Shown in pieces: positions 25,050-38,705 of a DNA stretch of 63,436 bases. Position numbers and translations under genes: made by a program. The number at the start of each line of letters is the position of its first letter. Position 1 is the stretch's first letter. The notes under the pieces were generated by a model that was given only the letters and a program-made list of their open reading frames with translations, had not been told where the DNA came from and ran no database searches. The DNA is from Octopus bimaculoides (taxonomy: Eukaryota): the NCBI RefSeq assembly GCF_001194135.2, contig NC_068984.1:24260809-24324244 (forward strand). Direction: 5' to 3'.

Positions 25050-26400
25050 CAAAAGACACAACCTCTTCCCAATCTTTTCCTGTCATCAACTAACATCATG
25101 TTTTCCAGTTTCATCCTCCTTGTTCATTCCTTGATGTTGCTTAACTACCCACTTCATAATCTTTTTATACTTCTTTTCCTGGAGACTTTGTCCATGCCTG
25201 ACTTTATTCACTAGAAGTAAGATATCATTGCATGACTATACCACTTTCTTTTCTGCCTTTTAGCAATTTGGCATAAGAGTTTCATGGATTGCAGTCTTCT
25301 TTCTTTCTTAATGAGAGCATTAAAGAATTGTTAAGAAGGAAGTTTATTACTTACTATATGGTTAACGTTTGTCTGTTTTACTTTGTTATCATGAGAAATC
25401 AGTAATAAGCATGAAGATATCTCATATCATTTAATGGATTCTTGAATCTTTATCAAAGGTTTCACCTTCATGTCAAAAAGAAGACAGATTAACAAAAGCC
25501 ATCCCTAGGAAAAAGTAAGGAAAAAAAAAAACTTCAACAAAGAATTGAACTTGTTTGTACAGTAGATGTGGCTTTCTACACACCACAACTCTATGACAAC
25601 TATTGAGAAGACCTGGTTTCTTTTATTAACCAATATACTCCCTCCTTCTCAGTTTAGGCTTTTCTTTATGGTGCATGTCACATCAAGTCCCTTTTTACTG
25701 GTGTAACTTTTATTCAAATGCTTTATTGAGCTTGATAATCTTTGTAGTACCCATCTCCTCCCCAGAATAAAGGTATCATTGGCTTTCAAGAAGCTCATCT
25801 TCTTTTGGCAGGTTTTACCTTTTAATCCTGCTGAATGTCAAGTAGGGGTCAGTTTAGATCACTTGAATAGGAGCTGGTAGTACACAATTACCTGGTTACC
25901 ATAACAGGCTTCTATCAGCTTGTCATGTACAGTATTGCATATCTGCTTAACAATTCTTTCATCACTATGTCAGCAGGTATGATGAAGTCAGTGCTTTGTT
26001 GAGGAGGTCCAATAAGACCAAACTATGCCTGATGTTATCTCCATTATTTGCAAAATGATTACAAGAATATTTGCTATTGAGCATAAGGTGGTGGATGATG
26101 GTAAACATATTTTATTTGTCACTTAAACATGGACCATAATTATGTGGTCACACCAATCTTGTCTTCTTCAACAGCAAACAAATGCAATTACTGTACACAC
26201 CAAGAAAACATTATTGTGTTGTTCCTACTCTAAATATGCAACCTGAACTATCATAGTCACTACAAATGTCAAGACACTCTATCACTGACAATCTCTCTTA
26301 GCAAATGCACATCCTCAATATAGCAAATACTGCATCACATATACTGGTCTTCTTTCTTGAGAGTCAGAAAATATTTTAGCCTTCAACAACCACTAACCCT
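25050..26400 (-). pseudogene. Ancient LINE (RTE-like) reverse transcriptase remnant
   Basis: Motifs in the expected order on the minus strand: LKKED (about 26361-26347), FRVGTT (about 26234-26218), ANDT as a YADD-like motif (25783-25772), RKWYSHAM (25249-25226, like LRWYGHV). Many stops and frameshifts. Confidence 0.45.
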
Positions 26401-27856
26401 CTGTGAAGCTTAAGTGACACCTACCTCCGGGGGACAATGCTGCTATACACACACATACAAACACAGAGGCATCCTAGACCAGAACCAAAGAAAAACCACC
26501 CAATTATTAGACATGAAGACATTTGCCAACACATTCCAATCTCAGGCCCATAAAAGTAGTCTCTTTTGTCAGCCTTTTCTACCACTATTACACTGGCCTA
26601 TTGTTCCTTGGAGCAGTCCAGTCTTGTTCTATCCATGTCCTATCAAACACTCATCTCTCTCTATTCTCCTTTCCTCATTACTCATATTGTGTCTATTTCC
26701 TTCCCCACCATTACACCTAATCTTTTCTCCCCAAAATGTTACCTTCTTGAATTCCTTCTCTCTATATTTCTTGTGCAGCTAACAATTGGCAACAGTCTAA
26801 GTTAAACGCATAAAACTCACTAATCTTTCAGGCCTGCAAAGGCTATGGATACAACCACCATCTCCTGATCAAACCAATTTTAAAAAAAATAAACACCTAA
26901 AAGAAATATGCAATGATTTTTCCAAAGACAAAAGTACTTCATGACTACTAGAAAGCAATCTGCTGACAGTCAGTTTCTATTTATCATATATTCTTTGTTG
27001 TGCAATAATCTGCTGCTCTGCAATGTTCAGTTCTGAACAGTTTGTTATAGATTTTATTGACTGATCAAGTTTGTGGATCACTCCATTTTAGAGTTGCAAG
27101 AAAATATTCTTAGTATCATCAAGGCCAAAGAATAACTGGAAACAAAAGTCTTGCAAAATACATAAATAAATAAGAAATAAAAAGAAAAAAGAAATATGAT
27201 GATGATGATGATGATAAACAAGGCAGGTATAAAATGAGATATGAGACTCTCAACTATTGAACCAGTATAGAAGTATGTTACATTATCTACCCTAGAGAAT
27301 GATATATAGTTACTTCCAATACAAGTAAGTCTGTCTACAGGGAAGATAATGTTAGAAAGGCCTTGTTCAAGAATATAACACATCAACTGCAGTGATTTAT
27401 GCACCCATAATTTGTTTGTTACATTTTATCCTTGTACAGCATATAAATAAAGATCTATACCATAATAATTATAAATTTTCCAGTATCTGAAGTCATCCTA
27501 ACAACAGGGCATTGAAGCAACTACATTAAAGTAATTGCCATACACAAATCTATGGTGTTATGAACCTATGGAAAGCTTTTTATTGTATCTATCTTATGCT
27601 TAGCAGGAGGACTGGTAACAACATTTAACTGAATAGGGATTAACTGAATAGGGATTACATGGAACTTTAAACATAGAGTTTTAAAATATTTGACTCAATA
27701 GAAATTTACCCCTCATCTTAGTATGAGAAAATTTTACATTATATAAAATTATTTCTGCTTCCATGAGCAACAAAAGCCTCTTAAAATCAGTGCTTAGCTT
27801 CAGATGATAAGCAGATGAGAGCTAAATCACACACTCCACTGCATAACTCACCAGCT

Positions 27857-28455
27857 TATCTTTTATGTTTTACTTGTTCCAGTCTTTTGGACTGTGGCCA
27901 TGCTAGAGCTCCATCTTGAAGGGTTTCAATTAAGCAAATGGACCCCAGTACTCATTCTTCTAAGACTGATGCTTATTCTACCAGTCTTCTTTGCAGAACT
28001 GCAAAGTTACAGGGATGTAAATACTTCAACACTGGTTGTTGAGCAGAGATGTGGAACAGGCACACACACACACACACACATCATCATTTCATGTCCATTC
28101 TCCATGCTGGCATGGTTGGACAGTTTAACAGGAGCTGGCCAGCTGGAGAGTTGCCCAGGATCCATTTGTTTGTTTTGGCAGGGTTTCTATAGCTGGATGC
28201 CCTTCTTAATGCCAACCAGTTTACAGAGTGTACTGGGTGCTTTTTACATGGCACTGGCATGGGTACTTTTACATTGGTACACTCACACAGGCACTTTCAC
28301 ATGGCACCAGCACTCTCGAGCCTGCATGACTACGGTAACAGTCTTCTTTTAGATTCCATCAACCAAATCCACTCACAAGACCAAGGCTATAGTAGAAGAC
28401 ACTTGTCCAAGGTGCCACAGAGTGGGACTGAACCCAGAACCATGTAGTTGGGAGG
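27857..28455 (-). mobile_element. SINE family A interrupted at its internal microsatellite by an RTE tail (about 28078-28330)
   Basis: Family A tail half, then (CA)n-(CAT)n-TCCATGCTGGCATGG.. RTE tail, then family A head half (ACTTGTCCAAGGTGCCAC..GAACCCAGAACCATGT). Confidence 0.8.
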
Positions 28456-28561
28456 CTTATCTCAGGTAATATTTTTAAAATATTATCCCAAAGTTAAGTG
28501 AGGATCATGCCCAGAGACATGACTAAAGGCTTGCAGAAGATATGAATTCCCAACCTATTAA

Positions 28562-28774
28562 CCCTACAATGCCTTCTGTTAATAATTCTTGATGCTTCAA
28601 ATACTAATACTAATGAAGGGAAAAACCTCAATAAAATTGAAAGCTAGAAGGAGTTTTAAGCATATCTATGTTAAAACAAAATCATTGCAGGCGTCTACTA
28701 ATAATATCTGGTGGTTGATGCAACATTTTCAGACTTACAAGTAATTCTTTTTATGGTAGTTTAGGCATTAAGGG
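28562..28774. mobile_element. piggyBac-like MITE
   Basis: TTAA at 28558-28561 and 28775-28778; ends CCCTACAATGCCT and AGGCATTAAGGG; 213 bp. Confidence 0.65.
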
Positions 28775-30879
28775 TTAACAGTCAAACCAAATATCTGAAG
28801 TTATTTTATCTTTACAAACAATTATATAAATACTGGTGCGTATATATCCCTTCTAAGTTATTTTTAAAGAAATAACTTTACCGCAATCACTAGTGGAGAA
28901 CAAGCTGAACTAGCTTCCCTACCTACCCTTCCCCAACCGACTGCTGCATTTCTTTGGACTCCATATATTTTGAGCTGGCCATTTTTCAATAAGCAACTCT
29001 TTGTTAATATATAATCTGCTTCTGTTAATATCTTTATTTTGGCTATTATTTATTGCTAAGCTACTACAGATTTAAAATTTATGTGAGTAGTAAATATACA
29101 TATCATCCCACCCAGCCTTAAGGTAAGTTATAAGAAAATGAAAGAAAATATTAAAACAGATCCATCATCATTATTTTCATCACCACATTCATTCCCACCA
29201 TCACCACCACCATCATTATCATCACCGTTGGCGTTAATGATTTTTCCTGTCCATTCACAGATCTCATATAACTCCATAAAACTGCCTCTTGAGCTAACCC
29301 TGCCCTTAATCATTTTTCCTGTTAACTTCAGTTCTGTTAATTTAGCTTAAATTACTTAATTTCCAGTCTTTTCAACGGAGTAAGCATTTATTTGGAGCAG
29401 TCTAAATAATAATTATTGGTAGAGAATTTAGAGAGAAATTTCTCTGTAAACAACAGTTGTATATACAGACAGTCATTAATGCTAACAAATGCTAGCAGCT
29501 TCCGATTCCCATACAAACCTAACATAACTTATTGGTAGTTATGTTGTAATGGCTTCACTTTTAACTGTCTCATGAGTTTTTATTTCTTTTTATTTTCTTC
29601 TTTTTTTACCTAAATTTCATTTTGAGAATGGTTGGGTTCAGAAAGGAAATAAAATCCATGACTTTTGAAAGGGTTTTCTCATGAAATTATGTGAAAGAAT
29701 ACAAGAGAAAGAAAAGAAGAGTAGCAGCTTCAATATCCATAAAGATTTTATAGCCACATATACTTAATACAAAATTATATGAATGTTCTGAGGAGACAGT
29801 AAATGTAAGCCTACAAGGGCAAAAAATCATATGTAAATTTGCTTCCTAGAGCAATGACATATAATGGAATTCTGTTCAGTAAAAGCTGAGAACACAACAA
29901 ATAAACCATTAATTCAGTTTTATTTCACCAATCCTGTTCATGAAACATGCAGACATCATTATAAAGATTCAGCTACAGGCTAGGAAATTAAAATGGATGT
30001 CTTGGATTGAGTAGACATATTTATTGCATCACATTAACATCAAAAGACAAACCAAACTAAGCTGGATTAGTACTTAAACTTTCACAAATCTGCATAGTTG
30101 ACAGACTAGGATTAGATTGCAGTAACTGATTTTTCTTGTTAAATCTTAGAAAATTACTGATGCATTACACAGGGTATTCAGTTGTTAATGAAATCTTAGC
30201 ACAAAATTAAAACTAGTCGGAGGGATCCCTCATTTTCTGTCCACAAAAGTATCTTATATTAAACATGATGTTTAAATCTGTCACTTACTTATAGAGCTGA
30301 CTAAAATTTATAGATATTCTCTGTAGTATAGGATAGCATTAAATCTTTTCGGTAATGTAGTAAATTTGTTGTAAACAATTACCATCACTCTCCCCAGCTA
30401 TTCTATCAAACTACCAACAACCTAAACCTCTCTTCTTATCCAGTCTACTTGATTTATTGTTTGACTGTCTGTTCCGCAAGCTCATACACTATGGAAGGTA
30501 GGAAGTGTAATTTTTTTTTATTAACATTTATTAAGCAAGATAAAAAGCAGTAAACAGATACTTATTTTTATTCTATTTCATTTTATTATATTTTCTTGAT
30601 ATGCCGTTTCTCAGCGTGTTACTTGGATAATAAGCTCTATTCAGTGTATCATATGCTCAGTGAACTACATAATATATAGAAATAAAATGAAACCAACTGC
30701 ACAAAAAAGTGAAATCCAATAGAAATACAAGTATTTTTAAGAATTTGCAGTCAATTTATATGGAATGTAAAATGCAATAGAAATTCACTTACACAGAGTA
30801 ACAGAGCAGTATGTTTTCTTCTAGACATTGGTAGTTATATTGGTAGTTAGTAGTCCAAAACATGTTTAAGTACTGACCA

Positions 30880-31790
30880 TGTATTCTTTTCCTTTTATAC
30901 TTCTGTTTGTGTTATCAGTTGAACTGAAGCCATGCTGGGGCACCACCTTGAACAGTGTAGTTGAACAAATCAACCCCAGCATTCTTTTATTTTCAAGTCT
31001 GGTACTTGTTCTATTGGACTCTATTGCTGAACCACTAAGTTACAGAGATGTAAACAAACCAACACTGGTTGTCAAGTAGTTGGGAACAAACACACACACA
31101 TTCACATATATGTATATGTCATGGATGATGACCTTCCATACAATTTTCATCTACCAAATTCACTTCCAAGGCATTGATCAGTCCAGGGCTATAGTAGTGT
31201 AGCAAACTCATAAGAGGCGGAGAAAGAAACAAGAAGTAAAAGGAATTAAGTTTCTACATTAATTTATTATATACATTTTTTTTACATTTATAGAAATTTA
31301 GAAACCAAATCATTTCGTCGTAGAGAATTACGACTTAAATTTTATATTAACTAATTTCTCATTCTAACTATAAGGTTTCACGACAATTCAATATTGTCGG
31401 ATTTGAGTATTGAATATGGCATATATATATTAGCCTATACTCAAAAGGGTGAGTGTCGTGGATTTGAGTGGCCGTCCAACGAACACTGGAGAGTTTGCCG
31501 AAAATCAGGGTTTTTATAACTACTCATACACGAACCATAGTACTGTAACCCCGTGAAAGATTTCTTCAACAAAGTTCATAATTCGTATATGGGCAATAAT
31601 TTTTAACCAATGAGAAATCAATAATTTCTCATGTTCGGGCAAACGAACTTACGTTCTCTCTCTGCCTCTTATGAGTTTGCTACAGTAGAATGCTCTTGCC
31701 TCAAGAGTTGCACAGTGATACTGAACCGAAAATTATGTGGTTGTGATGCAAACTTCTTAACCACACAGCTATACCTGTGACTATCATGTA
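30880..31790 (-). mobile_element. SINE family A split by a TIR element at 31198-31684
   Basis: The family A sequence GGGCTATAGTAG|AA.. is interrupted and resumes at 31689 (AATGCTCTTGCCTCAAG..CTGAACC..AACTTCTTAACCACACAGC). Confidence 0.8.
31198..31684. mobile_element. MITE with TGT..ACA termini, about 30-bp TIR and 4-bp TSD (Ginger-like)
   Basis: The first 21 bp TGTAGCAAACTCATAAGAGGC are perfectly inverted at the right end, with further imperfect pairing; TSD GTAG at 31194-31197 and 31685-31688; 487 bp. Confidence 0.85.
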
Positions 31791-31964
31791 TGAGGAGAAA
31801 ACTTTCTTTTCATTTTTATTAACATTTTGGTTAATGTTAAATATATTCTATGGTTATGCAATGAGAAAAGAGGAGTGCATACACCTAACATCAGCATATT
31901 CTTTCTCTTTATCAAAATCTAATCAAACCATTTTGAAAGTACATGCCAAGTAGTTAGGGCATTG

Positions 31965-32095
31965 GCGGGTGGAGTGGTGGGTGTGGCATCATTATAAGGT
32001 CATGGGTTCAATTCCTGCTCTGAGCAGTACATTGTCTTTTCGCACAAGACACTTCATTTCACATTATTCCAGTCTACTCAGCTGAGATAAGTATA
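31965..32095 (+). mobile_element. SINE family D head (V-domain-like), diverged
   Basis: GGTCATGGGTTCAATTCCTG..CAAGACACTTCATTTCACATT..CCAGTCTACTCAGCTG is shared with 38190-38330 and with the antisense copy at about 55990-56120. Confidence 0.55.
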
Positions 32096-32699
32096 CTAGC
32101 TCAATGCGGATGATGCAGTGTTCTCCCTCATTATTGATATTCCACAGGAACAAGAGTAAGAGGAACAAGAAGGCATCGACATTTACTTGTGACTAGACAA
32201 ACACTTAAAACAATTAGCAGAAGCATGATCCATATCACTAAATCATTAAAACTGTTTATTTTGATAAACCTCATAAAATATCACGAAGAAAATGTTGAAC
32301 TCGTCTTGGTGGTCTCCATTCTGTTATCTAGTAAAATCCAGCTAAAATCATGCTTAAATCTAATTATATCTGTCGGTTGTAAACCTCCATGAAGTAAAGA
32401 ATTTTTTTAAAAATTCAGGTGGTACTATTAAGTTAGAAATAGCCCAGCCCAATTTTTGGCTGAAACATCTCTAAGTTTATCAAATTTTATACAATAACCA
32501 TTGAATCATAAAATAATATTAAACCAAATGCTGGAGTTAAGTTAACAGTAAAATATAAAATATGAACCTTGGGATAACTTCAATCCTACATGAAAGATTA
32601 AATTGTATACTAGTTGTATCAAAATTTTTATAAGGTTCACACAAATCGTTTAAAATTTCAAAGGCTGTTTTGAATATACAAGCACACACACACATACAC

Positions 32700-32935
32700 C
32701 TTTTATCTTTTAGCAGTTTCAGTCATTGGACTGTGGCCATGATGGAGCACTGCCTCAAAGGGTTTAAGTCAAGCAAATCAACCCCAATACTTATTTTTTT
32801 AAGTCTGGTACTTATCCTATAGGCCCCTTTTGCCAAACTGCTAAGTTGTGGGGATGTAAACAAAGTGACACTAGGTAGTGGGATAGGACAAGCACAAACA
32901 CACACACACAATGGTTTCTTTTAGTTTTCATTTAC
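32700..32935 (-). mobile_element. SINE family A 3' half
   Basis: Antisense tail TTTTATCTTTTAGCAGTTTCAGTCATTGGACTGTGGCCATG.. through (CA)n. Confidence 0.8.
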
Positions 32936-32936
32936 C

Positions 32937-33094
32937 AGGAGTGGCTGTGTGGTAAGTAGCTTTCTTACCAACCACATGGTCCCAGGTTCAGTTCCACTGC
33001 GTGGCACCTTGGGCAAGTGTCTTCTACTATAGCCTTGGGCCGACCAAAACCTTGTGAGTGGATTTGGTAGACAGAAACTGAAAGAAGCCCATCG

Positions 33095-33171
<77 letters not shown>

Positions 33172-33389
33172 GTTTGTGTGTCTGTGTTTGTCCCCTCAAC
33201 ATTGCTTGACAACTGATGATGGTGTGTTTATGTCCCCGTAACTTAGCGGTTTGGCAAAAAGAGCTCGATAAAATAAGTACTAGGCTTACAAAGAATAAGT
33301 CCTGGGGCCGATGTGTTCGACTAAAGGCAGTGCTCCAGCATGGCCACAGTCAAATGACTGCAACAAGTAAAAAAGAGTAAAAAGAGTAA
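32937..33389 (+). mobile_element. SINE family A, full length with expanded internal (TA)n
   Basis: CAGGAGTGGCTGTGTGGTAAG..GGTTCAGTTCCACTGCGTGGCACCTTGGGCAAG..(TA)n..GGTGCTCCAGCATGG-like block..(TAAAAAGAG)n tail. Confidence 0.9.
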
Positions 33390-35049
33390 GACCATTCTGA
33401 TTTTGTCATTTGGTGAGTTGATTGGTCCAGTCAATAACTGTACACTTGGACAATTATCAAAACAATTTGCTTGAAACACTTGCAAGTAATTCCAAAAATA
33501 TAAATCTATATCAAGACACCAATCACTACATTTTGTTTACTTTTTCAGATACGCCCCCACTTTGCAAAGAAAAAAAAAAAAACGTCTATGGCATTATTCC
33601 CACTTACAAAATGCAAAACAAAATAACGATATATTGTTTTGTAGGGTTGTGTATAGAACATAAAATGACAATTCTTGACTTTCGTTTGTCCTGAAATTAA
33701 TAGATAATATCATATATATTGGACATGCCATAAAACTTTTCTTGACAGTTTATTGCAATTCTATAGGTTTTAATACATTGGTAATGCTGAAATTATCGAA
33801 GTGTTATTAGCAAAATTTGGAATTTGAAAGAGTTTTTCTATTAGTTGTTTTTGTAAGAAAACACTGTCACAAATTGACAATAAAGCAAAACCACTTTGTG
33901 AAAACAATATTAAATATTTATAACAAGAGTCATTTGATTATTATTGTTTTTAATAAATTCAGTTGTATCAGACATTTCACTATATCTGAATATAAACACA
34001 ATTGAAGTGAAGTGAAGCTTTTATTGCTTTGGATTTTTACATTTTCTGTGTTTTTTCTAAGTTTTTTTTCAGGGTTATTTTATCATGGAGCTCTCAGCAA
34101 AGATGTATTATAAAATATAATTTAATTTTACTAAAATTTAAAAGTTTTCAAAACTTTTAAACTTTGTATATAGTAATAAAAGCTGAAATTTAAAAGGAAA
34201 TTTGTTTCAGTATGGCCATAGCATACAAGCTAGAACCAGTAAAAAGACAAGGCAAAATAAAGCCTATAAATGAGTAACTCTGTGATGGACCAGTGACCTG
34301 TTCAGTGAGGAATGTGGTGATTTCAATCACTTAAATGCCATGGAAACTGGATTTTCTATAGCTGGATGCCCTTCCTGTCAACAAATCTTACTTTTTCCCA
34401 AGTAAGATAATATTTCTCCATAACCAAACATGTTTTCACAGAAAATTGGAAACAACATATACAGCTGGCATGATAGTAGGTAGTCCTCCAATATCCTTAC
34501 CATTCAGTTATTTTATGTAAGTAAATGCACTCGATAAAGCCAGGTAACTGAAAGTATGCACACATATACACTGATAGAAGAAGGCAGGAACAATATATCT
34601 TGATATACCTTAATACTGAAACAAATAGAATGTTTCTAAGTAACTTTTCCCACTGACTGACAAGAAGCAACTTCTCATCATACTCTTACTGATATTAGTT
34701 AGTGGTATCTAGCTATAGAATGTTGGCTCTATTTACCTCTGTTCTGGATCAAATCAAGTTACCATACAGTCATACAATTGTTTGCCGAAAGGCATTTCAA
34801 ACACACATATTTTAGTATTTAACCTTTGCAAGAATAAAATGAAATGAAAAAGAAAAACAGCTGTTAAATAAAGCTAGAAGAAATCTTAGAAAGTTTAATC
34901 TCACAGATGAAGTAACAGAAAGAAAACCAGACTCCTCCCACTCACGCCAACAGAGAGATAATGAATCTACATTAACGATGATGATCAGAGGGAAAACGAT
35001 GATGTTTAGGAAAGGAAATTGAAAAGGAGGTGAAAGGGAAAGGAGTAGT

Positions 35050-35300
35050 GACTGAAATGTCATTACCTTCTTGCAGTTTAGCTGACTGATACTAGATAAC
35101 AAATGATGGTAACTCTCCTCTGTCTGAAGATAACGGCTAATTTCTTGCTTGCAGTTTACACTTACCACCAACAAATGAGAATGCTACTGCCAAGAAGGAT
35201 TATATCACAAGCAATCTTGAACCCACCACATACAAAAGTGATATTTCCAATATGGACATCAACCAACATCTTTGCATCTTCAAGTACATTCCAACTGAAG
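35050..35300 (-). pseudogene. Possible LINE apurinic-endonuclease remnant
   Basis: Minus frame ..GNITFVCGGFK.. resembles the APE xxVCGDFN motif, followed by ARN and HHLLSSISQL (like HLITYxSGxSQID). Weak, by eye. Confidence 0.3.
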
Positions 35301-37420
35301 AACTTCAGAAGAATTAATAACAAAATCATTGTTATCGCCGTCGTTGTCGTCATCATCATCGTCATTATTTTAATGTCCAATTTTCCATGCTTGCACAAGT
35401 TGGATGAAATTTATTGATGCAGACTTTCTACAGTCAGATGCACTTCTTGTTGCCAACCCTTACCTGTTTCCAAACAAGGTGATGTTTCCCTTTAGCTAGA
35501 CATACTTTCACAGAATATTGGAAATAAATGACATTCATATTCATGGTAACCTCACTAGTGCCAACATCATAAAAAAGCAACTAGTACACATGGCATTAAG
35601 GAAGGGCATCCAGCCATAGAAACCATGCCAAACTTGATGCAGCTCCTCAGCTCATTGGACCCTGTCAAACCATCCAACCCATTCCAATATGGAAAATGGA
35701 TGTTAAATGATGATGATGATGATGGCTATGTTGTGTGTGTGTGTGTGTGTTACACACACACAATGAGCTTCTTTCGGTTTCTGTCTACCAAATCCACTCA
35801 CAAGGCTTTGGGCAGCCCAAGACTATACTAGTAGACACCTACCCAAGATGTCAGTTCCAAGTGGGACTGAACCCAAAACTATGTAGTTTGAAAGCAAACT
35901 TCTTACCCACACAGCCATACCTGAGCTTATAAATATTACATGAAATTTGATGCTCTGCACAACTAACTGCTCCTACCAATTCTCTAACTGATAATAATCT
36001 CTTGTGAATAGGTAAAAAGCAAACTTTTTGTACAAAAAGAAATATAGATGATCTGAATGACTCAGATTATGCTTATAATTATTTACCAATATATAACTAG
36101 TACTTTGCACACTTTGAGCAGTATTTATTTTATCAATACAAGAAAAGATGAGAGAGAAAGTTGATTCTGGTAGGATTTGAACTCAGAATACAGGGGAGTA
36201 AAACTTGATAGTATGCACTCAATGATTTTAACCAATTCTGTTTTTCTTTCACAGATTAATGATAAAGACAATTTCTTGTTCCTTGTACAGTAACTGCAAT
36301 ACAATTTACATATAAATTCAAAGAACAAAAATGATAAAGAGATATTGATAATGTTAGGAAGTCTCTTTGGGATACTGAGTCACATTAATGAACAACAAAC
36401 AACTGTAGAGCATTTCTGGCTTAAATGTATTCTCAATTATATTTTTTTCCAGCATAAATGATTATAAATATGATGATTATTTATAGTCATGATCATGATC
36501 GACTTCTTTTATAATCATTCTCATATTTATAATCCATCTTCATTCCCATTATAATCTTTATAATCATTATGATCTTCATTATCATCCTTATCGTCCTTAC
36601 TGTTACTAGCACTACCCACTACCACCACAACCACAACCACCATCATCATTGTTATTATTACATCCATGTATTTCCAAGCCACCACCCACTCATGATGGGG
36701 ACACATTTAGAAATGTCTGTTGCTTTCCCAGGTCAACAACTGGAAATTAATTCTTTAGTAATGCAATTAATAACCTTTGCTGAAACTCTTCAATTTGTTT
36801 TCATTGTTTCTATGGTGAAATATTCCTATTATCTTTAATTTCTTTTCTTTCGTTTTTCTTCCAAACTGTTTTACATATATTACTAATTATAGCAAGAAGT
36901 GGGAGAGCTTTTGTAATAATATACATTAGCATATTATTGAAACAACTTCTTATTAATAAATAAATTAATGGATAATATTCATTTATTTATTACAGCTGGA
37001 TGCCCTTTTCTACAACCAACTACTCCATGGAAACTAAAGCAAGCATAGTTATGAGTTTTGTCTTTTCCAAAAGTACAATATGATATAAACTGCTATTTTC
37101 ACAGAAATATTAAATATAGTTTAAGCATATTTAACAAGCACATATCCTCCTTTATCACTGATTCAATCATTCCTAATCATGATAACACAGTACACTAATT
37201 GTGAATCATGTTATGCTTATAACAAATTGATCTGTGAAATCAGCAATCAGCAAAAGATTCTGCTTGGACTGGAAAAGCATGCCCCAGTGACCATCTACAA
37301 TGCTCAGGACAACTTGGGGTCTCAAAACAAAATCTGCTTTCCTCATATGTTCTAGTGCTCATTCATCACCGATTCATTTAACACAGAGCCTTTTTTGGAA
37401 CCAAATACCCATGATAAATG

Positions 37421-37460
<40 letters not shown>

Positions 37461-37470
37461 NNNNNNNNNN

Positions 37471-37506
<36 letters not shown>

Positions 37507-38189
37507 ATATATTATAAACATGGTAAAATATTCTTGTATATTTGTCACTAGTAATTTGGGTATCATTATTTCTTTTCAGTTTATCATTTATTAGAGAGGA
37601 AATTACATGTTCTTTGGATTAATTATTAGCATCGTTACAGTTTAGAGCAAAGAATGAGGTTACATGGTAGATAGCAGACACTAATAAGAAATGAAAGTTA
37701 AATCATGAAATTGTTAGAGGTTTATTGTAAAGCCAACACAGAATACAGATGTAATGGGAGAAGTTTTTAAGTTTGTGTTATTGTTGTTGTTGTTGTTTAA
37801 CCCCAGGTCAATACTAACTGAGATGACCAATGATTGAAGTTATTCCAACTGTAACAGTCTTATCTTTTTGTATATCTAGAATTATATTGTTCAGCTTGTC
37901 TCTTTTTTCTAGGATGATAAATTGTGATTTGAAGGAGATTTAGCTGCTATTTCTGTATGGTCACTTCTGTAACTACAAAAAAAAGGTTCCATCATCCTGT
38001 GTGGTATGAAAATGGCATTTCACAGTGCATTTAAAGTCATTTTCTGGTTTAACCATTTTCAGTTAATTTACTCATAATGCCTATAGTTTTCAGCCTTAGT
38101 TAACAACTCAGAAAAGGATGGACTCTATCAACTTGACTTTTTATGGCATAAAATGTCATAACGTCTAAGATGTGCGATTGTTAATATTG

Positions 38190-38705
38190 AAGGTGTGTGG
38201 CTTAGTGGTTAAGGTGTTCGACTCATGATTGTAAGGTCATGAGTTTGACTCCCAGCAGCAAGTTGTGTCCTTGAGCAAGACACTTTATTTCACATTTCTC
38301 CAGTTTACTCAGCTGGCAAAAGTAAGTAATTCTGTGTCAAGAGGAATCTCCTTGAGAACTACGTTAACCCTTTTGTTACCATATTTCTTTTGAGATGCTC
38401 TGTTTCTTTCAATCAATTTTAAATATAACAAAGAATTTAGTATAATAACTTAGTTATCATTAAGCAAGTGTTAAGAACATAAATTGTGACTAAGGTTTGG
38501 TGGAAGATTTTAATTCAGAACTTATGAAAACAAGACATTTGTACGACAGAGCCAGAGGTGGTTTCAGCCGGGTTGGTATCAAAAGGGTTAAGGATACACA
38601 TGTCTGTGGAGTGCTCAGCCACTTGCACATTAATTTCACAAGCAGACTTTTCTGTTGATTAGATCAACTGAAACCTTATCAGCATAGCTGACAGAGTGCC
38701 AACAG
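38190..38705 (+). mobile_element. SINE family D (V-like head) with the same RTE-like tail as family C, interrupted by a piggyBac MITE
   Basis: Head GGCTTAGTGGTTAAGGTGTTCGACTC..GTGTCCTTGAGCAAGACACTTTATTTCAC; tail GAGAACTACG-TTAA-[MITE]-GGATACACATGTCTGTGGAGTGCTCAGCCACTTGCAC..GACAGAGTGCCAAC matches 654-780. Confidence 0.85.
38368..38587. mobile_element. piggyBac-like MITE (CCCTTTTG(T/A)TACCA TIR)
   Basis: TTAA TSD at 38364-38367 and 38588-38591; the empty site is visible in the SINE copy at 665-668; 220 bp. Confidence 0.92.

Noticed and set aside
28870-29070. Minus-strand open frame containing SCLLKNGQLKIYG (kinase subdomain VII-like)
   Set aside because: No HRD/DFG equivalents, a poor acceptor and no supporting neighbouring exons.
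35166-35294. 129-nt minus-strand host exon (good acceptor, GTG|GTAAGT donor)
   Set aside because: The peptide resembles a LINE endonuclease GDFN region and similarity seems to continue past the donor. Downgraded rather than excluded; RNA-seq would settle it.
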